From Nymphaea colorata (lineage: Eukaryota): a stretch of DNA of 64,000 bases. The notes below the pieces were generated by a model. The model was not told the DNA's origin, did no database searches, and was given only the letters and a program-made list of their open reading frames with translations. The position numbers were made by a program, and so were the translations under genes. Of this stretch, positions 1-14,146 are shown piece by piece. The stretch lies in the NCBI RefSeq assembly GCF_008831285.2, contig NC_045138.2:40796001-40860000 (forward strand). The letters are read 5' to 3'. Numbering within the stretch: the first letter of the stretch is position 1; each line of letters opens with the position of its first letter.

Positions 1-2802
1 TCAAATTGAAAAATGGAACTTCAGTTGTCGCATTAATTTCGTATAACATCATTACAATTTTAATATATGAGGGTCCCTTTTGAGCTATATGCCGCTATTC
101 TTTACATTCCCCCAATAAAATATAATTTGATAACGAAAAAGGCTTAGGAAACTCGCGATGACGATGAAAGAATAGTCACAAGATCCCCGTGAATATAATT
201 GGAGCCAGTTAGAACATGATCGTGAATGTCTTAACATTAAAAAATGGTAAAATCTCAAACATGGTAGTCGAAAATCAATGCATGCCATCTGACCCAAGCA
301 AAGAAAAGGTGGTTGGTGACCTTGGATGCTCACACAAGCAAGAAAGCATGCCTGGTTACGCAAGAGAGAGAGAGAGAGAGACTGTGTGTAAAAGTAATCT
401 GAAAGACAATTATATTTTTTGACTCTGCAAATTGATCATGATTCTTTCAATTATACCGAAATGATCGAATGCAATCAAAAGCACGCTAAGCGGAGGAAGC
501 CACCATAAAGAAAGAGATATAATCAAGTCGACGGCATTGACTGCATCAAAATAAGAACATGCCTCTCCTCTCTTTCCTCTCTTCTCTTTAATGTGGAGTA
601 CTCCGGCTAACTGCTTTGAAGTCTGAAAGCCACAACTTTCACTTAAATACGAAATTTGGATGCATCCATTTTTAGTGGCAGAGACGTTTTGGACAGGGCA
701 AATTAGGTAGTCATGACACTAACTGTTAGCTAGCTTATAAAAAGTTATTGCAGCAACTTGATCTATAAGTCTAAATTGACTAATTCCTAATGGTTTCGAT
801 TGATTAGGATTAGCTAAGCTTGTATGAAACAAGAGTTCCCATCCTTACAACATAAGGAAACCCTTGCTGTCGGCATAAACAATAGAATTTACTTAACCCC
901 GACTTTTCCATTTAGAAAAGAAACGATTGTAATCGATTGACCGTACATCTCTACACCCTATTCATATACACAGACTTGTCCAAGAAGATTTAATATGAGA
1001 GGTACGGTAAATTTAAGTCAATGCTATGTATGAAAAAGATGAAAATTTCCCTAAAAGTGAAAAGGAAAAATGACGATTCCCCTTAGTAAAAGTTACATTT
1101 TTCAACAAAAGATGAAAATACTCTTAAGCGGAGGTTCATAAGAGGTGAAATTACTTCTATAATATACCTTTTCACTCCACTGTCTTATATCATCATTTGT
1201 AGTTTAGAAGAGAAGTATTCATAGAAATCAAATTAAAGATGCATTGTTAGCACCATCCTTAAGCGACTAACTATGCTACGCCCCTAAAAGTAAAAAAACA
1301 CTCTTAAACCAAAAAAGGTACCTTTAAACAAAAGAAAAAGTGTGCCTGCCATATTAATCTTTGAAGACTCAAAGACAGTATTGACTTAGGTCTGTACCCT
1401 ACAGTCTTGACAACCCATCATGGCTTGACCTGAGTAGTTGAGTATAATGAAATAGAAGCCAAGCCTAGTCATAGATTTATGCTGACCTTAACTAGGTTGA
1501 CGGTTCGACTACATGCGTAGAGTTTGGCCTTCTACGAGAGTCCGAACCCGACCTATGTGCAGCCCTAGTCAAGATGCCTTCTTTAGGTATTGAGCTCTTG
1601 ATCTCCTTTTACTTTTTTCAACATCTTAACTCCACTCTCTAAGTTACCACCTAATGTTCTAGAAAAGCTTCACAAGGCAAAGGGGTCCATAGCCCACTCA
1701 AACATTTTCTCCAATTGAACTAAAATAAAATCTTTAATGTATAAAAGACCTAAGAAAGTAGGAAAAAAATCTGCTCCCCACATTGGGATGCTACTCAATA
1801 TGGGCATTGAAAGAAGTGCCTTGTGGATATCTTGAAAAGAGCCTTTGATAAGGGTGCCTTGTTATGTCAAGTGTCTTTTGGCGGACAAGGGTCAAATTGG
1901 CACCACTTCAATAGCAGATGGAAAAGAAAGATTTTATTCTATTTCCATGGTGGAAGTGGAAAACATGCCTTATCTTGTAATGAGAAAAGAAAAGTAAGCC
2001 CCTCCAAGGCATTTTGGGTTTTCATTCTATGATGCCATGATGGTGCCCTCCAACACATGATGCCATATATACTTTATACATGGATGGAATGGGGCGGGCA
2101 TCCGAGGTGATGTTTCTTTATGAGGCCTTGGTATGAGTGGAGCTTTCATTTGGCCCTAAAGGTGTTGGTCGACATGACTAGACCTTCATCACCTTTGGCG
2201 ATACTTCTTCTACCGCATATGCTTTTGTCTAAAGGCCCTTTCACTTTAGAAACAAAAACCCATATCTTCCAATCTAATAATACAAAACCATAACAACAAA
2301 ACCAACAATCATGTTAATAATTTAAAAGCGAGACATCATTTTTTTTTTTTTAAGCCTACGTGGGTCAGATTGTTCATACGCTCAATCTCAAAGCTGAAAA
2401 AAAGATGAGCATATAATGAGGTTATAACTGTTGCGTATAGTTATTATCCTTTGTCTAGAGGTCGAACGGTATAAGGACCCATGTTGGCAGGATCAATATG
2501 TTTGCTAACGAATACAATGTATTAGTGGCTGATACATTGGCAGGTTTAACATATATCGGTAGGTTTCTTACTTTTTTATTTAACTGTTTCTCAAAGTTCT
2601 ATTGGCTCGATATAGTTTTGGAAAAAAAGTCCGATGGGATGTGTTCTGAACAATACAATATGATTTTGACAAAACTGGATTAGACTAACCATATGAATGG
2701 AGAAAGCATAATGTTCGACATCCATCAATAACAATCACAACAGTTTATTTATTATAGTGGTGTATGAAGCCAGTTTTTTTTTTTCTATTAGATACTAAAT
2801 GT

Positions 2803-2975
2803 CAGTGGCCGAGCAACATGGTGGCTGGTGTGGGCAGTTGCCCACACCAGCTTCATAAAATTATTTTAATATGCATGTCAATGTTTTGATATATTTGATT
2901 GTTATACATATAAGTACTCCAAACAAATTAAAGGTTTTAAATGAGCGCTCCACGAAAAATTTATAGTTAACAAAT
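2803..2975. mobile_element. MITE remnant; related pieces at about 20237-20410 and 27247-27280
   Basis: Starts CAGTGGCCGAGC and carries TGGGCAGTTGCCCAC. The related motif CATGTGGGCTTGT(G/T)TGGGCA(A/T)TTGCCCA occurs at 20251 and 27251. The right boundary is approximate. Confidence 0.5.
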
Positions 2976-3434
2976 TTTCAATTGTCCTTGTGGCAGTAAA
3001 CTAAGTCTCATGGGACTGACTTATAAAACTGTACTCAGGTCCACCCAAATCTAATCACTAAAAATAAGGTTTTAAAGTGGGCTTCTTGGAGACCCACATA
3101 TCTCCGCCCTGGTATGCTGTTGGGTGAAAGGCATCCCCTCTCCTTCTTTTGGCACAGGGTGCAGTGGGGCACATTTCATAGGGTGGAATTATTTCTTACT
3201 CTTTCTGTAATCTCATAACATGAAAGGTACATATATACCCAACTCACTCATATGTTTTATCTTGATGAATGGTTGAAAGAAAACAAAGGTAAAAAGATAA
3301 TAACCATTTTCATCATGTAGTATTAGTTCGCACATTTTTCCTCTTGGCTTTTCATCAACCGTCCATCAAGAGGGATCAAACTTTATGAGTAAGCCATGTG
3401 ACTCTATATAGCCAGCATCACCATTCACTGGCTC

Positions 3435-3556
<122 letters not shown>

Positions 3557-6500
3557 GCACACACACAGATCCTTATCTTCATCTAATCAAGTGTTTTGAT
3601 TGTTACTGAGAAGATTCTTAAATCTTTTTAGCTTCTACTCACCCTTAAATGTTTCATTACTTATTTTCAAAATGACACTAATTCTTTCAATGGAAGACCA
3701 GGCAATGTTTCGGTCAATTCCCGTGACAAACACTTAAAGCCCAGCCGCTAAATGCAAATATCGAAATGTGATCCGGATTCAACTTATTATCTTTCAAAAG
3801 CGAAACATGTTTTTATTTTCAAATATTTCATCTCCAACGTAATCCGACTTTGAATATTTTTATATAGGAAAAGAATTCAAGTTAGGCAATGGTGGTACGC
3901 CAGTTTATGGCAAGATCTGCACCCCGAGTGTCAAACAAGTGCAGGTTTCACTTTAAAATTCTTTAATCCAACCCAATCCAATCCCCTGGACAAGTGGAAG
4001 GAGTTGTTGTTGTTGCCGAATTGGACTGTTCACAGTCATCGAACACAATCTTGTTCAACTTTTGTGAACAAAGATGTAGAAAGGAACACAATTTATTTTT
4101 TAATTATTTTTAGAAAACTTAAAGCTTTTTATGTATGATTGTATACATATACATGATCGGAATCAAGTTTCTGATAACTGCCGTTTGTGGAGAAGCATTG
4201 ACAACTTGGGGATGTTCATGTAAGGGTTGCTGCTCTTTCAACTTGGACATGCATTGAGAGAAGAAGTCTTTATTTATTTAGTGACGCATATGTGTACAAG
4301 TATTATGAGATCAAAATGATTTCGAGTTTGGTGTCATGTATAAACGAGAAGGGAAGAATCAACCAATGAGATGAACTATTTTGGCAGGGGCAACAGCTTT
4401 GATTTGACGGGCGCTTGGGGTGGCGTGTCGGACAAGGGAGGGGTTGGGGGGGATTGAGAATATTGATATTGGTAGGGCAAGGCAGTGGGCTCAAGTGGAC
4501 AAAGAACTTTTTTGTGTGGGTGGGGTGTTTCCTGGCCATGCATGAGAGACAAGAAGCCCAGTGGGCGAGCCCACCCCCACACCCCCAGTGGGCTCCCACA
4601 CTGAGCCATCCACCATTGGTTCAACCTTTCTATCATGCCAGTCATCTCAGTGCACAAGCAAATGTGGGTTCGCTTTACTTTATTCATGGGCCCCATCCAT
4701 GTTGCCAATGCCAAACACTCTTTGTCCCTTTCAGCTCTCTATCTCTTTCTTCTTGTTTTCATCACTAGCAAAGTCAAATTCAAGTGGCTTTCTCTCTCCT
4801 TCTTTCCCTGGCAATAATTGTCATAAAAGTCTTGTTGAAGAACATCTAATTAATCAAGTGCAATGAATTGGTTAGGGGGTTGTAAATGCATCTTCATGTC
4901 ATTGTGTTTGGAGTTGCAAGTGGTTCGGATTTGGTTTGAAGATTTTTTTTATTATTAGCATCGTTTTTTTTTTTTTTTTTGTCGATCCGATCGGTTTTTT
5001 TGCCCTAATTCTAATTTGGTGATGGCTCTTGCCTAACTACTTGTAGTGAGGGAACAAAGTGGGTTTTCTTTGGCTAGCTTAGAGACTCTGGGCGCCAGAG
5101 AGAGAGGTGGTAAAGAGAGAGCCCAACTGGAGAGGGCACTAGCTAGTGGGTGGTCTATCAAGCGTATAAATGTTATCGCAGCTTTTGGCGAAACTGAGAA
5201 AAGTTTTTCTTGTCTCTCTCTTCAAAGAGTTTTCACCTTGGAGCCCCAAAACCTGGTCTTCCCAGCAAGACCCAAAAATAAAGAAAAGAACTGCGTCTTA
5301 TTCCAATATAAATGGTTTAGAAACATACATGCATAGACATGTTACATGAACTTATCAAAATTTCTCATTATATTATATATATATATTATGTTATATATAA
5401 TATACATACTATATATATAATTTACATATAAGATACATATATATAGCTTGATTTTGGTGTGTGTTTCACGTGTAGGAGATTTTAGACCGAAAGGCGAATC
5501 TCCTTTACGTGTACGTACGGCTGACTTTGAAAGGGCTTGCTTTCTAAACTCAACATAAGCGTTAAGGAACCCAACCTCAGCCATCGTTTTCACCGTAGGG
5601 AGAGAGAGAGAGAGATTTGATATTTTATGTGTTTCACCCTTGCATTTACTTTTACCAAAGGCAGTAAAACATTTCAATAGTAATAACGCGTCTGCCTAGA
5701 AGCAAAGAGACAGGAGGATGCAATCTACCGGTGATCATAACTCCAATAATTGCTGGGATTTTTTTATCACCACGGCACCTCTCTAGAATCCATGAGCAGC
5801 AGTTTTTCACCATGGTGAGCAAAAAACCGCCGCAAAATCCTTCCTACCTAGTCACTTCAACACCCAAGGCAAAAAAAATTTTTTACCTTCTTTTTTCTAC
5901 CAGTTAAGGTTAAAAGACACTTGCCGTGGAACACCAACTTTTTCTTGCCATTTCTTTTGGGTGGGGGTCGACTTTTTTCAGATGCTTGCCTTTTAGTCTC
6001 TCATTCTCTAAAAATTCTCCGGATGATCGATTCCACTCCCTTATGAAATTTACGGGAAAGTTAAGAAAAAGTGATGAGGAGTCATTAGTCATCTCATTAT
6101 TCTTTTCACGTATCTTTGTTTGTTAGACAATCTCAAGATGTCTTCCAATGTTGACTACCTTAGGGCCTGTTCCCATTATTTTGGGAAGAGATGTCGAGAC
6201 AAATAGTCCTTCCTTGTTTTTTCTGTTTCTTCCAAGACCATGGAAAGACTATTTCGTGTTTGACTGCTTATTTGGGGTTTGCATTTATAAACTCTTAATC
6301 CTAAGTCCACACGCTTATCTTCACATAACAAAGTCGATGCAACAAAACTTCTATATCAAAATCTAAAGTCTTACAAGCTATAGATCGCGGGTCAGACCTA
6401 AAGTCTGACCTCAGCAATGGCATAGCTACACATCAGCAAAAGTTTGCCAAAAGTACTTAATATGATTGATTAGATGGAGGTGGCAGCTTTGATTAGCTCT

Positions 6501-9500
6501 ACCATTTTTCGCATAAGATGTTTTATGTTGTTCATGTTCACATTGTGAAAAGGTCTGATCGAATATCAGGTAAAATTTGAATCATAATTAAATTCATATA
6601 GATACCATAATATGGTATTCTCAAGCAAATCAAACGTGAGATAATCAGACCTTAAGGACTCCCCTGCTAATTGGGGTTGATTCCTAACTCACTAGCTTCC
6701 ATCTTCTAGTGGAAGAGTCCATAATGACTTCATAACTCTTAAAATTTATGTTACCGAACCGTGGATATGTTCTTTTGAGCATGTTTGGCATATCAGATGT
6801 GTCCTGATCTAGTGGAAAAGCCGTCTTGTATGCAAGACTGTGAAACTTAGGCGACATATAAAAAAGGTTGTTAAGTGATTAGTTGTCTTCATTTATCTGG
6901 GAGAAGCCAAAGCTATTAGAGGGTAGGTTGGGATCGAAAGGCTCAGAAGCATGGGCCAAATGTGAGAGTGAGCCAGGTAGTAATAAATGGTAGGTTCAAC
7001 ATTCGGACCTGTATCTCACATAGGTTGACACGTGAGGAGTGGAGTACAATGTTCCATTTTGAAAAGTTTAGTTTTATATCTAAGATTGTGAAGCATCTAA
7101 GAGTAATGACATGACCAATATTGATAGATGCAATTGATATTGGGATCTGCACCCTTACTTTCTTTGCAACACTTGCCTAATTTTGCACAAACATAGCCTC
7201 AAAACATCAATGAGCTGCTCCTTTACGCCATCCAGGCAATTAATTAATCTTTTGTTGGACTGACCATGCTTTCATTTCATTCATCTCATACTCTCTCTCT
7301 TTCTCTCTTTTTGAGTATAAGACAACTTGAAAGCGTACGAATTGACAATTTAGTTCTACTGGAATAATTGCAAAAACTACCATACAAAAACTGTCCCGAG
7401 CCTCCAAAATATCTTCCAAGTACTCCTCTGTGCTGTTCACAGCTAGAGCAGTGCTCTGCTTTATGCATTTTAGACATGCAGGGTACTCAAATTAGAAGAA
7501 AAGAAAAGAAAAAATCTTGCAACACAAGCTTTTGGTAGGGTACAGAATAGTACACACAACAAAAGCTGCCCTAGATCTTGATGTAAACAGTTTTTCTTCT
7601 TTTCTTTTCCTTGTTTTTTTTTTTTAATCTATTGGTTTCTAGCAGAGGAAGGCCCTTGACTAAGAAATGACATAGATGAAAGTCTGAATTCTTTTTGCCA
7701 TATACTTTTTGAGTGTTTTTTTTTTTTTAATTTCCTTCTTATGGAAAGTTGAATTCAAAAACCTAACTCATGATGAAGTTGTTATTGCTCTTTAAGAAGA
7801 CATTAACGTACCGTGGCATCCCTAGACCAAACTTTGAGCAAAATGTTTGTACCTCAATTTATTACGATTCATTTAGGCATATTCAATTGCAATGTTATAA
7901 CTTAACATCGCAGGGTCAAAATTCATTAAAAAAGAGACTCTGCCATTGGATTCTTGAGTGTTCATGAATACCTTCACGTTTGCATTTACTGAAGTAAATG
8001 TTTGCCCTGTTAGGTAAGCTTGACTGTAACTTTACAATAACAAGGAACTGTTAAATTTGCCTAGAAGCTTTTCTTTAACAAGGGTATATACAAATTTGCC
8101 GCTCATATTAGTATTATATTCAATTTTTAAAGGCCCATCTAGACTAGCAAATTGTGCTTTTTAAAAGATCTCTACCAATGTTATCCACCCGTATCAGCCA
8201 ATCCACATCTTAGCCGCGGAGCCAAGGAGGAGCTAGTAAGGCTCCTGCCAAACTTTTGAAAGTATAATTCGGCCACCCTCATGAAAAATTCCTAACTATG
8301 CCCAGGTCTCTCTTACAAAATGAAAGCCAAAGTCAGTGTTTACCGAATATTGGCAAATATTAGGGGCGATTCAGCCTTGTATGATTAGCCAATATTTTAA
8401 TAAACTAACAGTTTCAAAAATGCCTGATACTATTAACCGATAAAGTCAAATTAACCTGATGTTTATGAAATGGGCTTGTTTGTACTTCCTCTGGGTCCAA
8501 GAAGTCATTCCTACTCCTCCTTAAGTGGGCTAACTGAGCTTTATGCCCACGACCATGGTTAACCCACGACAACTTGATAGCTATATATTTGCTTGGTCTT
8601 GCCCCCTAGCTTTGACTACGAGGCGGTCGAGCCCACTCGACTCAGCAAAGCGAGCATCAGGTTTGGATCGAATCCGACAAGCAAGAAACACCCACTAAAG
8701 TGAATAAGTACTTGAAGCAAACCCTAGGTCATGAGATCCAGACTACAGATCCCTCTAAAGGGTTACTTACAACTAAGCTTTGAATTAGGGTTCCATCTCC
8801 AACTGCTGCACCATAACAAGGGCATGTCTAGTCCACATATCTCAAAGCTTTGCTCAAACTAACACACTTTCCAGCACTTAGCTGTAAAATCTTGTCCTTT
8901 GGACCTAGAGACACGGTGTGCCGTACAATGATACTAGTAAAAATGCATTGTTTAGAGCGTATACAGGCCGATACGTAGAAAAATACACACATACACATAC
9001 GGTACATGCACATACCTTGTATGCTTTTAAAAGGAGGGTGGCAGAGGTTGGCAGATGCATGCCGAATAATAGGGGGGAAGGATCTGAAAGAATGACTAGT
9101 CAAACGTCATATCATGTGTTTCAAATCATAAGACAGTCAGTGATGGGTCAATCTAAAGGATATGCACATGATGACCCTAACGCTTTTCTTTTTATTTCAT
9201 ACATTATAACTATTTCATATTAGTTGGCATATAATATAATTTTATAAGGGATTGCAGTTAATATACTTCAGAGTTGAGGGGAGAAAAATAGTTTAATGGA
9301 ATGCCACCAACAGAGGCGCTGGTGCTTCACTGTTGGGGCTTGCAGGCCAAAATGTCCTCGACCTCGAGCACACGTGTGTGGGGAACCCTCCCATTAATTT
9401 TAATGGCCCCCCTTGGGGCTGCCCGCTCATCCCCAGCCCTCCCACGCTGCACAAATCCCCATGATCCGACACCACGGTACTCTGCTGGAAGAGGGTGCCC

Positions 9501-11291
9501 CATGGCAGGCCCCCCCTCTTTCTCTCTCTAAAAACCTCTTTCTCTCTCTAGAATTCTCTTTCTCTCTCTATTAGATATATCACATATATTGGGGAGCGAA
9601 GAAAGGGAAAGTTTTCAATGTGACTTTTGTGGGTATATGGAAAGAAAAAAGCAAGGGAGCAAGCAGGGCCCAACCACTTACCGATTTTGCCCTGGCCACC
9701 AACTTGCCCTAATGTTTTCGAAACTTAATAAATGACATGAGAATATTGCAAGTGCTAGCTCCCCTTGTTAACGACGGAGATAGAATTTTTTGGTTGAGGG
9801 CTAGTCGAATCACTATCGCATGTCAGATGTGGGCATTCTATGTAATTTTTAAATCATTACAATGTAATTTTGAGTTTTTTTTCTCTAAAATTTTTTTATT
9901 GGCAGGTGTATAGTTCACACCAGCTCCCTTGTATCTCCGGCACTACCCCTCTTCTATATAAATGTTTGATGGATTGATCCTACTCGAGTTTTGGGGTGTT
10001 TGGTCATTTATTTTACGGAGATTTAATGAAGGAGGAATTAAATAATAGGGAATAATTGAAAACACACTGAAATTTTGATATGAAGCTACCTATGTTTGTG
10101 GGTAGTCAATCAAGAACGTCCATAAGTTTTAAAGTCTAGTAAAGTTTTCCGGTCAAGTTTGTTCCTTTGAAGGAAGAATGTGAGAAATAGATTGTTTCAC
10201 TTTGCAAACGTGCCTAACTTTTTCGTCCATAACTTTTAATCATCAACGAAAAAATAATGACAATTTTTTGTTGAGCAAAGAGTATTTCGTTTTACCACCA
10301 ACAAGATATACTTAATGCATAAAAGGATGACATCGTTTGATATGGTTAGAGGACAATATACAAGTTTCTTATGCCAAAGGGTATTTTAGTACTTTCATTT
10401 TGATGCCAAACTTAATTGTATCCTTTGACAACCTCAAACTCTGAGGTAAGTAAGATCTTTAGGTGTGCAACAGTTCAATTCATAGTTACGATCAAACTTA
10501 GATGCGTAAGGAAAGTTTCACTTGAAACAGAAACAGAAAAATACTTCACTGAAGAAAATTAGAATAGCGTATGGTCAACAAAGTTTCAGAAAACAATAAC
10601 TTGTTAAGCTCAATCAGGAGAAGAACGAAGCTAAGTTTTAAAAAGGGAAAATACGGGAAAAGAAGTGAAAGTCCTCCTGCTCCTTCTTCCCTTCTGCTTG
10701 AGCAATTCTACCAATGAACTTGCAGCAAAAGGTCGCGTTTGGTAGCGAACTGTAGGCAAGGGAGAGACTGGTTCGGAAAAGAAATTACATAGGCAAATAG
10801 TGCACGCAGACCGATCCCCAAGATGAGCTTTAGAAAATTAGAGGCCAACCTCATTGTTTGGAAGACAAGAAAGATCTGTCTGAAGAAACACAAATTTATA
10901 AAACAACAACATGGAAGTTCGTTCACTAATTAAATATACATTAATGAAGCGCTTAACAACATAATGCCATCATTAGCAGGTCTTATCAGCAGATTGAAAT
11001 CCCAAGTACCAAAAAGGATTTCCTCTTTAATGTTTTTTTTGGACAAAGGTGTCATTCCACGAAAAGACTAAGAGCAATATCATAATTGTGGCTACCCAAA
11101 TCATTCAGTCTCTCATTTTTCTCTTTTTAATAAATTCCTTCACCGCCCATCTCATCCACACAAGTTTCTTCCCTCCTCTGCATTAATACCATTAAAAAAG
11201 AATATAACAAATGAGTTATCAGAAGAAAGAAACCAAAAAGCAGACCAGGGAAAGAGAGGGAGAGAGGGGAAAAAAAAAGAAGAGAGTAAAA

Positions 11292-11299
11292 ATATAAAG
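11292..11299 (+). promoter_or_regulatory. Candidate TATA box of the BOP gene
   Basis: ATATAAAG about 265 nt upstream of the ATG, followed by a CT- and GA-rich leader. Confidence 0.5.
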
Positions 11300-11556
11300 G
11301 CATCACATCCATCCATCCACTCATTCATGAATGAGTGAGTGAGTGTGTGATTGTCTTGCTTTCCTCTCCAAACCCCTGAGAAGCCCTCCTCTCACTGTCT
11401 CTCAAATGACATCTGAGTGAAATCCCAACGGCAAGCAGAAAAGGAGGAGGTCGAGGAAGAAAAAGGAGAGAACAACAACGGACAGGGACAGGCGGAAGAG
11501 AAAAGGAGGCGGAGAAAGAGGTTCTGAAGAAATCGAGAGAGAGGGAGGGAGGAGAG

Positions 11557-12954
11557 ATGAGCTTCGAGGAATCGATGAAATCGCTGTCATTGGATTACCT
11601 GAACCTGCTGATCAACGGGCAGGCTTTCAGCGACGTGACGTTCAGCGTGGAGGGGAGGTTGGTGCACGCGCACAGGTGCATACTGGCGGCGAGGAGCCTG
11701 TTTTTCAGGAAGTTCTTCTGCGCGCCGGAGGCGGAGGTGGTTGTGAGGGGCGGCGGAGGAGGGCACCACCCGACCAGGGTGGTGGTCGGCGGCGGGGCGT
11801 CTCAGGTCATACCGGTGAACTCGGTGGGCTACGAGGTGTTCCTGCTGCTGCTGCAGTTCCTCTACAGCGGGCAGGTCTCCATCGTGCCGCAGAAGCACGA
11901 GCCGCGGCCCAATTGCACCGACCGCGGCTGCTGGCACACCCATTGCACCTCCGCCATCGACCTCGCACTCGACACCCTCGCCGCCTCCCAGTATTTTGGC
12001 GTCGAACAATTAGCCCTTCTCACGCAGGTTGGTCCAATTCCTCTCCCTTGATCTCTTGCAACCGAGTCGATGGTGGCACTTTTTTTAATCCTTACTCTTT
12101 ATCTTTATCTCCAGTTTAAAATCTCTCTCTCTCTCTCTCTCTCTCTCGCTCTGGCATTATTAATGTTGAGTATCCATATTTCTCTCTCTCTCTTCTTCCT
12201 CTACTGTGGATTTCTTTTCCTTTTCTGGTGGTGGGGATTGGTTTCTTCTTTTGCTTTTTTGGATTTGTCGATCGGAGAGATGATGGGGTATTTGAAGGAA
12301 TAGAGGAAGTACAATGGGGTTTGGGATCTTCTCTTGTATTGGGAATGAAAGTGGACTCAATTGGATTGTTGGAGAGACAGAAACGAAACAATCGATTTGC
12401 TTTATTTTGTTATTTTGGTGTCTTTTTTCCTAAAACAGAAAGGAAGTGCTTTGGTTTGTTTTAGTTTCATATGGCAAATCTGATGTTCGGGAAGAGGTGT
12501 TTGATGTGGGTTTTATGGTGGGTGTGATTGGTGTCATCATATGGCCGCACCTTATGATGGGAGAGATGAATTTTCTTTGAGACGACTTCATAGAGTTTTG
12601 AGATTTTCTTTTTACTCTTTCTTTGGTCGATTTATCGGATGAGAAAATATTTTTCCGGCTGGTGGTTTCTATCTGTTGATGACAGTTTCCTTTTTCTTCC
12701 AGACCTTTTATGTTCTGATTGCTTATTTTCCTCTCTTCAAAGAAACTGTTTTCTGCTGAAACTCAGTTTGGGAGTTCTTTTTCTTCTGCTTCTGAGCAGA
12801 TGAGTCGGGAATTTCAAGATCTGGTTCTGATTTTCGCATAACAGTGCCCCGTCCTTGTACCTGAGACGTTTGTATTTCCTGCCATAATTTTTCCTTCAGG
12901 CCATATGCCCTTGCAGGGAAGCAAAGTTCTGATGCACATCGTCCCCCAAAGAAA

Positions 12955-13019
<65 letters not shown>

Positions 13020-14146
13020 ATGCATCTGCATTAAGTGGCTGTGGGTAAGCTTTTTTCCACTCACTGACTCCTCCTTCCATGTTCAAAACGAACAGCAACT
13101 TCTGGAAACGTAAAACAGACACGGTAAAATGATGACTCGTAGTTATTGCTTGCTATTATCGCTTTTTATTCGTCATAGTTCGTCACCGAGAAGAAAAACG
13201 ATTAAGAAAGAGAGAGAAGGAGACACTATTGTTGTTGGTTTGCTTGCAGAAACAGCTGGCTGCCATGGTGGAGAAGGCGTCTATTGAGGACGTGATGAAG
13301 GTGCTGATGGCCTCCAGGAAGCAAGAGATGCACCACCTTTGGTCCACCTGCTCCCACCTAGTAGCAAACTCAGGCCTGCCCTCCGAGATCCTCTCCAAGC
13401 ACCTGCCATTAGACGTTGTATCCAAAATTGAGGAGCTCCGCCTCAACTCCACCCTCTCCCGGCGGTCGCTTCTCCATGACATAGGCGGTCCTACTCCTTC
13501 TTCCTCCCCCTCCGCCACCACCGGCGACGACAAGCCGCAGAAGATCCGCCGGATGCAGCGGGCTCTCGACTCCTCCGACGTCGAGCTCGTGAAGCTCATG
13601 GTGATGGGGGAAGGCCTGAACCTCGACGAAGCTCTCGCCCTCCACTACGCCGTTGCCAATTGCAGTCGGGAGGTCGTCAAGGCCCTGCTCGAGCTCGGCG
13701 CTGCCGACGTCAACCACCGCGCGGAGCCCAGCCGGAAGACGCCGCTCCACATTGCCGCGGAGATGGTGAACCCTGACATGGTGGCCGTGCTGCTGGACCA
13801 CCACGCGGACCCGAACGTCCGGGCGGCAGACGGCGCGACTCCCATCGACATTCTCCGGTCGCTCACTTCCGACTTCTTGTTCAAAGGTGCAGTACCTTGC
13901 CTCCCCCACATTGAGCCCAACAAGCTGCGGCTATGCCTGGAGCTCGTCCAGTCTGCTGCACTGGTGCTGTCCAGGGACGAATGCAATGGCACCGGCGGCA
14001 GCGCGGGCTCCGGCATGGAAGGCCAGATGGTCTATCTCAATCTTGGTGGCGCAGATTTGGGGTGTAAATACGACGGCGAATCCGGGAACGATGGCGAGAG
14101 GTACTGTAATCAGATTCCAGGATCCCTCTATTCGCATGGGTTCTAG
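11557..14146 (+). CDS. BOP: BLADE-ON-PETIOLE / NPR5-6 / NOOT-type BTB/POZ-ankyrin transcriptional co-regulator; exons 11557-12027 and 13250-14146, about 455 aa
   Basis: Exon 1 encodes SLSLDYLNLLINGQAFSDVTFSVEGRLVHAHRCILAARS...GCWHTHCTSA...EQLALLTQ, with donor CAG|GTTGGT at 12027/28. Acceptor TTGCAG|AAA at 13249/50 continues in frame as KQLAAMVEKASIEDVMKVL, then ankyrin repeats (ALDSSDVELVKLMVMGEGL, TPLHIAAEMV) and EPNKLRLCLELVQSAALV. These motifs and the two-exon layout are typical of BOP1/2. Confidence 0.97.
12955..13016. repeat. (CT)n microsatellite in the BOP intron
   Basis: CT run seen directly; a shorter run lies at about 12122-12147. Confidence 0.95.

Noticed and set aside
1700..2250. 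Possible decayed retroelement coding remnant
   Set aside because: No recognisable gag, RT or integrase motif; too degenerate to call.
13128..13200. Box C motif (ATGATGA) in the BOP intron, suggesting a snoRNA
   Set aside because: No CTGA D box or terminal stem before the acceptor.
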